This document shows positions 47,401 to 60,000 of a stretch of 64,000 nt of DNA, one piece after another (position 1 is the stretch's first letter; each line of letters begins with the position of its first letter). The notes below the pieces were generated by a model. It had not been told where the DNA came from. It saw nothing but the letters and a program-made list of their open reading frames with translations, and searched no databases. The DNA comes from Phallusia mammillata (lineage: Eukaryota): assembly GCA_965637545.1 (NCBI GenBank), contig OZ281500.1, positions 4,526,001-4,590,000 on the forward strand. Reading direction: 5' to 3'. Position numbers and translations under genes: made by a program.

Positions 47401-50400
47401 AAATGTGTGCCTATCTTTTCACAATAAATTTTTGATTCACAGAGGAAATTAGGCAGTGTGCTGAAGCTGAAGGGCACTGGACTCGATTTTACAACCGTGA
47501 TAACCAAACGGGACAATGCGATTGTGAAACTTTAAACGAGATACGCATGGAGTACCCCGGGGAAGTATGTATGAACCCACTATTTGCCGATGCTCGCCTG
47601 TACAACGGTCTTCCCTACCACATGGGCGGGCAACGCGTGTACGTTAGCCCTGAAGATGGTTTAAGATGTAATAACAACGATACTGAGACTGAGGGACAGG
47701 AGTGCTACGATTATCAAATACGTTTCTGCTGTAAATTGGGTAAGCAATAATTTTGGAAAGATTTAACATAAGAACCTATACCAGACCAATTTGTTATACC
47801 GCTAGGTGGCGCAAAGAGCATTGGTGAATATTTAAAATGTGACCCACATTCAGACATAAAAAAAAACCTGATCAGGATTCGTCCCCGGGAGAGTCCTGGG
47901 TTCGAACCCCGTGAAAAAAAAATTGTGAAATAAAGGCAGGAACTTGGCCAAATGGTCCGACCCATATCCAGACATACAAACCTTGATCGGGATTCGTCCC
48001 CAAAAAGTATCGTGGGTTCGAACCCCGTGAAAAAATGTGTAAAAAAGCTTACGGTTAGGGTTGGGATGAGGTTTCATAAAATAATAAGACAAAAATCAAC
48101 CTAAAAACTTAGTTCTTACGTTAAATATAATTCCTAACCCTTACCCTGTCTCGCTGTTTATTTGAATAACCGCGCTCTTTACGCCATCTAACAGTATTTA
48201 GCAAACTTTTCTATTGTAAGTTCTTATGTTAGCAGCTTTACCATGATTGTTGGTGTTTGTCATGTCTTGATTATGATGTTTACTTACGGTTGGTCAAACG
48301 CTCAAATGTATTGATGGGTTTGTAAAGGTCAAAAGCTCAGTTTCAATTGTAACTGATTTCCTTTCTTAAGAGGTGCACACTTATTTCGTGCCAAAAAGTT
48401 TTGAGCTTGCATATACCCGTAATAAAACTAAACTATTGTCAGCTTTTATGCAATACCGGGTCTAGCTCATGTGGCTAAAGTTTTTTTTTAATGTCCATTT
48501 TTGCTTTAATTCTTTGTGCTTGCGTTGATGGTTTAATTTTTCTACAGAACCACCAACATGTCAGGACCACGACTGGTCTCCATATTTCAATACCGATGAT
48601 CCAAGCGGAGAGGGTGACTTTGAGTTCTTATTTGAAATCCAAAGGTTGTATCCGAAAGCAATCTGTTCGTCCCCAGTATGGATGGAAGCCCGCAAAGTGA
48701 ACGATGAAACTATGTTTATTGACCAAAATGTTCATCTTAACCATACCCAAGGATTCCAGTGTTTCATCTGGCAAAACCACCAGTCTTGTTATGATTACGA
48801 AGTTCGGTTTTGTTGTCCAGGTGAGTAACACTAACTCACCGATTTGTAAGCTTTAATGGTTGTATAGTGGTTGACTTGAATTTATTTCGCTTGGTACAAG
48901 ATAGCAATAAAATTGTACTAAAACTACCAAGCTGTTTATAGCAAAACATGGTAGGGGTAAATGAGGGGTAAAGCCACACAAGGGGTAAATGCGCTATTTA
49001 AACAGACGCGATTGAGCTGTTTTATTTCGGAAAATGTTTCTTCACAGTACAGTGTAGTAAACCTTTTCGTTAGCCATTGCAATACACTACTTGTGCAGCT
49101 TAACCTTGCCACCGTTTAGGCAAAATGAGGAGATAGGGGGAATCAAACTCATTAAACGTAGTACTGCCTTTCACTGAAGTATTCTGTGGAAAGTCAACTG
49201 TATTTTCGTAATGAGTATGTGTTTTACAAAAATACCTAAGCCTCTGCGTTTCAAACTTTTGTTGAAAAAGAAATTCTAAACAACATAAAAAATATTTTAC
49301 CAGAACAACCTTATACATTTAAGGTTTTTACCCAATTGCGGAATGCGATGAAAAATACTGGACTTCGTTTTTTAATCGCGACCAACCTGACGGGCTTGGT
49401 GATTTTGAAACGGCCGCTTTGATAAAATTTGACTTTCCTGAAGAGTTGTGCAAACATCCAACTGCCATTCAAGCTCGTCTCCCCGATGGCCGCCACTACC
49501 TTATGTCGAATCAAGATATTTTTCTCAACGTTACCGAAGGGCTGATATGCAGGAATGATATTACTGGGGGATGTTTGGATTACGAAGTTCGCTTCTGTTG
49601 TCCGAAAGGTAAACAAAGTTGTTAAAAGTTTCTCGATTTCTAGGAGTTCGAATCCCGTACGCTCCTGGCTATGAACCCAGCTCAGGTGTTTTGCCTGCAG
49701 TAGGGTAAACCACTAGGTTTATTGTTACATCCGTAGCTTAATATGACACTGACCCAAGTACTACATAAAAATCGACATGTTATTTATCAGCAAGTTGTTG
49801 CTATTCACTGTGTCTAAACCAGTGGTTCCCAACCTTTCGTGGACCATGACCCCCTTTAAGTTACCATGTAGGACCTGTGCCCCCCTTAAAATGTAGATAG
49901 CAATCGCGCATTGGAATGCGGTATTAATTTTGGACTTAAACAGGTCTAATAGAGTAAATGAGCGTGATAAACCTCACTATAAACAAATAGTATGTGAAAT
50001 AGTCGATTAAATTCGGGAATAAAGTTAAAGTGTAAATGACTTTTAGTGGGTGTTTCTTGTGAATCTACGCCCGTGGCCCCCCGGAACCCCTGGGGGGCCA
50101 TGGGCCCTGTTTGGGAACCTCTGGTCTAAACCAAGATGGTACTTTTTGTCCACCACAAGTTTTTTTTTATAAATTAAAAAGCAGATCCGTATATAGTGTG
50201 AAACAGATCATAAGTTAATAGTTACCAAAAAAGGTAATAGTTAATCGTGCTAATCTTCTAAAACTAGTTATATTCCGCACTATACGAGTTTGCTCTACTG
50301 AATTAGCTAAAACTGCAAAATCAGTCTATGGATTTATTAGGCACCAAGCTCGTTACTGAATTCAATACCAACACTTGCTGCATTGCTGCAGTTTTATCTT

Positions 50401-52000
50401 GGTTGAGTAACTTCTATGGGTCAAAAATTTTTACTATGGCCATAGTTTTAATACCAATCTAGAATTCGGGACTAATTTGTGGATCGTGGTAACCTTTAGT
50501 ATGATAATTCAACTCATAGTGCAACCTAATATTGTTTATTATTATCAAATAAAAAATAAAGTCCAACGCTCATTTTCTTAGCCGAAACTCCGTACTGTCC
50601 AAATGATGCATGGACACCTTTCTTGGATCACGACGACCCTGGGTTATATGGGGATTATGAGACGCTGCCACAGCTGCAAGCAATCTACCCAGAACTGATT
50701 TGTAACAAGCCCTTTGCTGTTGAGGCTAGATTGGTCAATGGAGACAGTTACGTGCTGGGAGAACAAGACATTGTTTTGTCTGAAACTGGGGGATTAAGAT
50801 GCGATAACAGCGAAGACCAACGCTGTTTTGATTATGAGATTAGATTCTGTTGCCCTGCAGGTAATACTGATTTAATTTCGTATTGGTTTTACTAAATCTG
50901 ATGTAAAGTTAAAGCTTTTACAGACCTTGAAAAAGTTGTGTTTTTACTTGGCTCGATTGTACTAGAATTGAGCCGAATTAAATGAATGGCACATGCAGTA
51001 GGAAATGATTTTTTTTAAATGTTAAAAAGGATTGGAGCGGTTGAGCTCTTATAAAATGGTCTGCAAAACCGAAGATACATGTCCTAGTTTTGTATAGATT
51101 TCGACCATTCAAAAACCGTTGTCACCACAAGTAAATTGCACTTAGATTGCATATAACTATAATTTTCTGACGTCGATATAAACTTAAAAAACACTGGCAT
51201 CTTACTTGTGACGTCATCAATTTGATTCCTTTATTTAAGTAAATAATCTTTTCGCTCAAAAATGTTTCAATCTCTTGTTGTAAACAAAACATACCGCATA
51301 CAAGATATAACTCATTTACAAAGTTAGTAGTAACAGTCGACAAATCATGTTTATTTCAGACAATTTTGATCCAACTTGTCCAGAAGGCGTTTGGAGTGGT
51401 TACGTCAGCTCCGACGATCCACGTGGTTTCGGTGACGTAGAAGAGTACTCAGAAATACTCAAAATTGATGCAGAAATTACGTGTATTGTGCCTTACGCTG
51501 TTCAATACAGAACGGTTGACCCAATCTTTCGTGATGTGAAACAAAATGTACACGTTGAAGACAATAGATTTTTGTGCATTAATAACGACCCAGAAGGACA
51601 AATTTGTGTAGATTATGAAATCAGCTTTTGCTGCATTACAGGTAAAACTGTTTGTATTAGCAAAACCTTTAGTGAGTCTTAAATGGATTAGATATTTGGT
51701 CCCCCAAATAAAAAGATATAGTTTTAGGCAACAATGCTCGAAAATATAACCCCAAGTTCACCTCATTACACTTTTACGAGGAAATCGAGAATAAAAAAAT
51801 TGAGAACTTTTTTTTAATTTTTTCAGTTACATGTGTAACCACAATAACTATCGGACCATTGCCATGTGGATACACAAGGGAAATGGTAAGAGCATTATTT
51901 AATCCTTAAAAGATAAGTTGTAACATTCATTCATATTTTACAGTGCGTTGCTCTGGGTCACTGCTGGGACAACAAGGAGGAATCATGTTATGTTTTCTAA
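44500..52000 (+). CDS. Secreted mucin-like protein: signal + 8 CysD (Mucin2_WxxW) domains + degenerate trefoil domain (11 exons)
   Basis: Signal exon 44500-44560. Eight phase-1 exons (starting about 45076, 45894, 46624, 47442, 48548, 49324, 50582 and 51360) each read W-T/S-x-F/Y...D..G..D.E...C...Y..RFCC. Two short final exons give TCVTTITIGPLPCGYTREMCVALGHCWDNKEESCYVF*. Confidence 0.93.
47755..48242. mobile_element. MULE-like MITE carrying two tRNA-SINE-like units
   Basis: Imperfect TIRs related to the 12110 element (GGTAAAGCT..TAACA...AGGTGGCGCAAAGAGC). Internal B boxes GGTTCGAACCC lie at 47899 and 48015, and A-box-like TGGCCAAATGG at 47945. The TSD is degraded. Confidence 0.7.
49820..50123 (+). 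mobile_element. hAT-type MITE
   Basis: TIRs cagtggttcccaacc / gtttgggaacctctg with an exact 8-bp TSD gtctaaac. Confidence 0.9.
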
Positions 52001-52818
52001 CTTTCATTGATTTTAAAAATTGACCTGTTTTGCACATATTTATGCACTTCGTGTCATTTCACAAACTGGGATTGTGTTTATAAGCACACGACTATAGTCG
52101 TTCCGTTATGTTTGCGTTACTGGTTTAGATGCAAAATATTCGGTAACGCAAGACAAGACTACATACACAGCAAATACTTCAAACTTTCAAAAAAATATTG
52201 TTGTATTAGACGCGGCACTATAAGATGTGTTTCTTTTTTGCTATTTGCACCATCGTGTGTCAAACCGCTGTGGCATTTCATGTTTGTGCAATTGACTTGT
52301 TGCCACGTGACAAACGCACGTGCACATTTGCCGCCCATTATTACGTCATGCGCCGGCGGTTTCATTTCTTCTTCCTTACACCGTTACTAACTCCTTGTAC
52401 CCGCGGTAAACTTTCGAAGTGGATGTTAAGACGAAATGCGACAAAAAGTTCGGGCCCGCCGGCAATTCGACGACTCTGACCGCGAATTCCACTAGGGTTG
52501 TGATTTGTGGAGTTTCCCTTTTGATTTCGCCCTCCCTGTTGAAATAAAATTTCGAGGAATTTTCGCAGCGCAAAATACCATCGAAAAACACTTTGGCTGT
52601 GTGTTTGGCCGAGACAAATATTGAGGTCAAAACGTTTTCGTGTTACATTTGAAAGTAAAAACGCAAACTATATGAATTGCTGTTTTTGTTCATATATAAC
52701 CAACGCAATTTAAAAAACACACTGTAAACAAAATTCCATATTTTTCAATTATCCTTTGGTACGTTAAATCGTTTTTGTCATCAATGTATTGACAAGTTTT
52801 ATTTTCTTTTGCAATAGT

Positions 52819-54478
52819 TCAGTTGAAAAACAGCTCTCCGACCCGGTAAGCATCTTCCTTGTGTCTATAAATCACACCGATTGACCCAACCAGCACAAAC
52901 CGAAGTGAAAATCGAACCATAGGCACGAACCACGAGAGAAGCCAACCAGAATAACAGTTGTCAAGACTGACACAGATTGCAGCAATAACCGTTACAGTTA
53001 CAAAACATCCTGCTGTTTTCACAACTTTGGCTGTTTTGGGAAGATTAATATCGGTTCCTGCATATACTGCGTCGTTGTTGGCATAGAGAATGGTTTTTAA
53101 AATGAAAAGTATCATCCAACATTCGCCTGAAATGGAAAAGAACAGGGTTGATTGATTTAGGGGAAGATTCGTGGTCAAATCGGAGACTAGTGTATAAGTA
53201 AGTTGCGTTGCGAAATAGATGAAACTCATCAGTAAAATTTTTGCCAGTTCCGAACAATGCTTTTCTCCTATTCCGTGGAACAAGGTCAGCAAAACAAGTC
53301 GGATCAAAGTCTTGCAGAAGTCGTTTAAAACAGCGCCGCTGATTTCCAAATTCTGGCTTGGGTCTTGGCAATGGCTAACGCGTTTGTAGTTCACGAAAGA
53401 CACCACATGAAAAGCAAGCATGAATCCAAGAATAACAATCACCGATAATCCTACCAACACCTCTTGGTCATGTCGTGCTGCACAGCTAAATAGAAGTGCA
53501 ACAATTGAACAAGACACAAGCACGATTAGCGAGAGGTGAGCATATAGCAATGGTAAGTCTTGTGTAGAAAGACAACCACTTGGATTGGATGCGAGCAGCG
53601 TTAAAGTCACATCAAACTGATGATCAGAAGCACCGTCCATTGTTACAGATAGGTGATAAAAACCACGACTAGGAATTGTTGTGATTTTTTGTAAAACGCT
53701 TTTTCCCAAGTGTGCTTTTGGTTGATATACCACATTGACATGTTCGGGTATTTGTAAATACTGAATGCTCTTCCAGTCATGTTTTGCTTTAAAAAGCGGT
53801 TTTGCACTGCATTTTATTTCTTCTCCGAACTTTTTTTGAGTTTGGTTGGAGTTAGAAAGATGTCGTATTCCGTCAAATGTATTAAGACCTGCCAGTTGAA
53901 ACCAGTTCGCTGCTCCCGGATTTGCACCATTCCTGAAAAAGTGATAATAAATAACGCAGAAACAGTATATTTTACCCTCGACCATAAACATAACCGCCCC
54001 AGCATTTAGGTCTAGCGTTTCTAGGTAATGTTCGTCCTTTACTTAGTCTAGGCCACAAAACAGCCTTACGAATCTAGATTTTTCTGCCTCGGGGTTTTTC
54101 GTTTTTTTATTCACTTACTGCCAAACAAAGACAAGCAAATTTTACTTTCATATCCACAAAAACAAACAAGGTCGTGTTGTACCAGCAAAATGGATAACTT
54201 TTATTGAAATTCAACAACACCTCTTGTACAAAAAAAACGGCTCAAAGGTACCTTCCAAAGCAATCCATTCCCACTATAGACCATTTTATAATCGTACTGC
54301 TGTTTATGTCTGTGACTTGGCAATGTGGGCGCACAGCTAACTGTATATCAGCATCTTTGCTCAATCTTTTGCTGAAATACACAGTTTGTCCTGGTGCCAG
54401 TTCTGTGGTAAACAAACCTGGCTGTAGTGACGAAACGAGCCGCACACTTAGCAACAGAAAACACAAGATTGCCTTCAT
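52819..54478 (-). CDS. TMEM87/GPR107 (GOST family)-like protein: signal, luminal domain, 7 TM (2 exons, about 446 aa)
   Basis: Exon 54478-54252 (MKAILCFLLLSV...VYFSKRL) joins in phase to exon 53932-52819. NPSGCLSTQDLPLL resembles the GOST G-Y-L-S-A-x-D-x-P-L motif and precedes seven hydrophobic segments. Confidence 0.8.
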
Positions 54479-54769
54479 TTTGAATTTAGAACAATAAAGT
54501 CGACTTTTATCAAACTAAGCATTCCTGAAACAATATTTATATCTAGTTCACAAAGCTTGTCTTACAAAGGATCAACTTTTATGCAAAAAATAGTAGTATT
54601 GGTTTGTTCATTTGAACGGTTTTGTTTTGTCGTCATAAAGTAATCTTTTGTGACGTTTCTTCCTTTATGAGTCATCAGACCATGGTTAAAGTAAGATATG
54701 CAAGAAATTTATGTAAGCTATTGCTGACAGGCATAGTATAAAGTTTAAAGAGCTCTTCTGGCAAATGTG

Positions 54770-54825
54770 ATTTTATTCCGACGTTTCGACGTCCTATACA
54801 GGTCGTCTTCATCAGGGCAATTAAC
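54770..54825 (-). ncRNA. Minimal type I hammerhead ribozyme motif (Penelope-associated type)
   Basis: The minus strand reads aattgcc-CUGAUGA-a-gacgacc-uguaua-ggacguc-GAAA-C-GUC-gg-AAUAAA. All core nucleotides are present, with a stem II, a GUC cleavage triplet and an ACGU palindrome in place of stem III. Confidence 0.8.
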
Positions 54826-57083
54826 ACTGAATGCGACTAGTACAGTGCACGATAAACAAAGGAAAAAAGAATGGAGCGCAAGCACGTCAGAAAATTAGTG
54901 TTTCTTTTTTTACTCAGGGCGCATTTCTGAAATACCTAAAACTATATTGACATGGACATATAAAATATATGCGACTACCGGTAGTCATTTAAAGCAGTAT
55001 TTTCAGCGTTTTTGTACAGGAAAATTATTGCGGCCCCCTACCAACCAAAAAATGTAAAATAATGAAATCATGAGATCACAATTGTTTACTGGAAAAATTA
55101 GAAATTACGCAGTAACTGGGTTGCTATGGCAACCAGGTAAAACTCAAACCTTGATGTGGAGGTCATTATTGACGCTTGAGTGATTACATACATCCCCATT
55201 TTCCCGATAGCGCTTTCTTTAATGTGGGTTATTTGTGTCCATTCTTATTTGTGTTTACACTTTGAAAAAATCAACAACACAATCACAACGAGTCGGATGT
55301 TAGGTAATCTGTAATCTTCGGGCCCCAAGGATCCAGAATTTTATTCCCAGGAGGTGTGTGTTTCTCAAAGAGCACTCCCATGATGATTGAATACCCGAAG
55401 GACAAAAAAGCGGACTCAGCTTCAAAGTGTAGCCTATCAAACGGAGCAAAGCTTTGCATTACCAAAAACAAAAAAACTAGCGGAACGATTTTTTTTATAT
55501 TTACTAAGGCATCTTCACAAACGACTGAACAAAATGCTATGTTCAAAGTTCAGGAACAATATACTTTAGTAATTAAAGTAGCTTATGCCAACTCGGGTGT
55601 TAGTTTTAGTAGGCTTTTTATAACAGAAAACTAATTTACCAAAAAAATCTCATGCAATGTTGTTGTTTTATGAAGACCAAAATTAAGTTACTTCAACAAA
55701 ACATTTTATGCAACCATTGTTTTCGACGCGATAATTATCTGCTTAAAATTATAATTGTGCGGTGTGGTTTACATACAAACCATTTACGCCCTACGGGGTT
55801 GTAATGAACTTTATGACTGATGAATTGCAGATTAAAGAACTTCAGGTGAAGGCACCACATTCAATCTTGTGCCAGGTTCTGGTTGGGATATGGCTTGAGG
55901 TTTTAGTCAGATTATTCATCCGAATCTGTGATTATTACCTGCTGAAGGTGTGGTGAACGTTTGTGGGTGAAAATCCTAAACTAGATAAATGTGGCTTCCT
56001 TATCGTTCTGTTTTTAATTATCAGACGGTATAATAGTGTGTAGGCCTAACTATGTTTTGTTGGAAAACTATACACATACCATTTAAACACTGTTGTAAAG
56101 TTTAACCAGCAGATTTCGTTTTAATTTAAAAAAAATAGTTTTGTACCGATTATGTGTAAAATTGGTGTTTGAAATTCAAGTTATCCTAAAGCTTGCACTC
56201 AACCATTAGAAAAAATACGTTCTTTTGTCCAAAAATCTTGCAGTTTTTAAACTTCTTTTAATTGTTTCTAGCCAATGTCGTTTGCGTTAGGTTTTGGCGC
56301 TTTACTTTTTGTGAACTTTGTTACTCGAAGCTACGTGACAGCGTCTGATGGAGAACCTACGAATGGTTGCTGAATTAGGTCGCGCTTTTCAATGCTACTA
56401 GCAAGTATCAAGGAAACAATTAAAACCGATTTCAACAACCAAAGTGTTTCCTTCTTGCTTGATCTTATGGGTTGTGACCACTTTGTGCTGAGTTGAACTC
56501 TGCCGGATGTAGTTCATGGGCGTTTCTGTGGGTCACAATGTTTTTTTGTTGTGGCACATAAACGACTCATTTCCAAATCATTTGTGCTGTTTAAATTTGA
56601 TTCAACTAAAGTGTTTTGTCCTTTGGCAACATTTCGCTCTTCTGGGAAAACATTTACTTGGAAAATGCTGGGTTTTTGTATGACAATCGACTTGGGAATT
56701 GTAGGCTTGCGTATCTTCGGGTAAAACCAGGCCAGAGGCGATACGACGAACCGAGGCCGTTTGGGATATAAAGTAAAGGATGTAAACACAGGACTGTAAA
56801 CCTTTTAGCACCGACTCGAGAGAGTAGGCAGAAAAGACAATGGCCATGTTGTTTATAAGCGGTAGACAACGTAAGACAGACTTGCACAATATAGTGTTCA
56901 CATACGTACGATATAGGTCGATAGTGATTACTCTAACATGCTCAAGGAAAAACTGTGAAAATACAAGGAAAAACTGTGATGGATGTCAATGCTGTGCAAA
57001 CGTGTTGTTTAGCAAGCTTCAATCTTGTATTCACATTTTTTTAGATTTTAGTTAGACTTTCGATCGTCTTTTATTATTTTGCA

Positions 57084-60000
57084 ATGAAACGACATCTGGC
57101 TTTGTTATTGTTTCTTATAAATATTTGGAGAGGTAAGTTTTTTATGTGTCAACAATTAATTTTAAAACATGTGTTCTGTTGCGAGTTGATAAATGTTTAT
57201 TTAGTTGGCTATAGCGAATAACTTTTTGTGGCAAAATTGTCCCTTTTCCGCGCAATTTGCAGAATGAATATTGGCAATGTTTGGTTGACCTGTATTTACA
57301 AACTGTTTTGTTTATTAAAATCCAAAACAGAATAACAGTATTTTACATATTGTTCAGTCTCAACTGTCCGGGTCTGTCCGGAAATTAACAATTTCGAAGA
57401 TGGTTCGATGTTTAAATATTTGGGCGAATTAGGAGTAGAGGAAATACGTTTTCAATGTTCCCCTAACAATTACTTGTCTGGTCCTCGAGAAATCAGATGC
57501 GTGAATGGAGCTTGGTCTGCTAATCCTCCAGTGTGTCAAAGTAAGTTGAAAAGTGTAGGTTGTTAAACACATAAGTGTAAAATAAGATACATGTAGTAAA
57601 GCAGGTTGGTTTTGCTTGCCAATAAAAAAACTACACATATTTATGTCAGTTTTTTGTTTCCAGATGTTTCGAGGTGTAGTTTTATACCACAGCCTGAACA
57701 TGGATCCTTTAAAAGAGAGTATATTGCAAAAAACGGAAACATGGAAGTTGAATTTCAGTGTGATGAAGGGTATATACTTGACAATCGGTATGATGCAGCC
57801 ATTCGATGTGATGCATCCATGGGGTTTTGGTCAGGTCCTGTTCCATCATGTAAACGTAAGTTAAACATGAAAAGAAAATAGTTGCTGTTTCCCTTATAGT
57901 ATATGTGGTTGTTGCAGTTAGATAAGTTTCCAACAACAAAACAATTACATTGGAGTATAATTTGATCAGACTTCATCAAAACATTTACTCCAAATGTTAA
58001 CCAAATTTCTACTTCACTGTTTGATTTGTATAATCAATACCTGCGAAAATAATATGAAGTGAAATATAAACTTTTTAACCTTATTTAAATTTTTTTAGTT
58101 ATGACACCCTGTATTCCATTGTCGGAACCAATACATGGAAGTGTGAACTTAAAGGAAGGTTCTATGTGGGAAGACCCCCATGCAGTTATACAGTTTGACT
58201 GTGATGATGGTTACTATCGTGTTGGTCCAGAATCCTTGACATGCAATGGAACAGGTTTCTGGAACCAAATGCCCCCAACATGTCATGGTATATATGTTGT
58301 TTGGGAAGAAGGGGTGGCTGACACGATGACCACAATGTCTTTCGCTACCCCGCACATTCCTCTTTTATTTATTTTTTTTCGTTTTGGTGTTCAAATATTT
58401 CTGCGAAATAATCTTACTTACTTACTTGCTTGGAACATTACAAGACTTTCCTGCAAATGTTTGAATGTTTTGGTCATTGTGAAAAAATGTCATGACTAAT
58501 GAGATAAACTGCCTCAGGCAATGACCTATGACAACATTGATTATTCTTTTGCATTGTTTTCGCACAGATTGATGTCAGTTAAAGTGCATTTGCCTGAAAT
58601 TTTCTTATTTGGCAATTCAAAGTCAAAAAATGTTTGTTTTAAAAAATTTAAAATTAGCTAGTTTTTAATAAATGACTGCTGTACTTATCTTTTGACATGT
58701 ATTTATCTGTTGCTGTTGTTTTGAAGAAATTATTCCTTGTGAAGCGGTGTCTGCACCTACTAATGGCCACGTTGTTCAACTGCAATCAAGAGATGCAGGA
58801 AGCCATAGAGTCATGTTTTATTGTGATGAGGGTTATATGATGCAAGGTGTTGATTACAATCGATGTGAGAAGGGTGTCTGGCTTAATGAAATGCCTACAT
58901 GTGTTGGTAAGTGATTTCAAAATCATTCAAATTTTATCTTTCTTTATCACTTTCCTGACCAATAAGTCTTCCATTTCACCCTTGTAAACTTGTTTGGCTT
59001 GCAAGTTTATAATGAGCTATCTAAAGCAAAGTTATCTGCATCAAGTTTAAGTCATTTCTTACTTGAGGTTAGGGGTTTTTCTTTAGAGTTTTTATCTTTC
59101 TTATCTTCATGTAGGAAACATCTTTATCTTTCACAGAACTCCAACATCAATATAAATGTGCTTTGATAGTGGCAGATATGACAATGTTTTTTTGTAGAGT
59201 ACTATACATCTTATTGTTTTACCTGCCCCATAATTGATAAAGTATTTTTTGGCAGTGCAAGCAAATTGTCCTGTACCACAGCCCGATCCAAGTGTCAGAA
59301 TGCTACCAATAAGTAAAACATATGAAGATCGCTCAATTATCAGCTTCATTTGTATCAAGAGTGCTCAAATCATGTCTGGATCAAAGAGAATGTATTGCAA
59401 AGGCGGAAAGTGGCAAGGGAAAATGCCTGTTTGCAATGGTCAGTAGTTTTGTGCTTTCTGGTGAGGTATTATAAATTGTAGTGTTATGTCATAGAATGTC
59501 ACATTTGCTTTTGACTGTACAACTTTTTTGACTATTGTTTTACAACTACATGTATTGAGCCACTCATATTGAATTATGTCATATGCTATTTATTCTGTTT
59601 TTTTATATGGGGATGGTGTTAAGCAATAATCATGGACAAAACGTTTTCAACTGTATTTAGCTTTTGTGTGGTTTTTGTAAAATTAATTAATAAGTCTTAG
59701 TGACAATTTGGTAAGTTAGCCATCCTTCTAGTTTTTATAATAATTAGAATATTTCTTCTTTTAGATCGTCTGTGCACCCAACTAACTCCTCCGCTTTTTG
59801 GTAGCATCACTACAACTGACAAAAGTGGTTTTGTTAAACCAGGAACTGTAACCACTTTTGCTTGCAATGAAGGCTTGACTTTCTATGGAACGACAAAGAG
59901 GACTTGTAGTGTATGGGGTTCATATACATATTCAAGGTGGTCTGTTTGTGCATGTAAGTACTTCAGCAAGTTGATGCATCCTGTTGTTAAGTTTGTGGGT

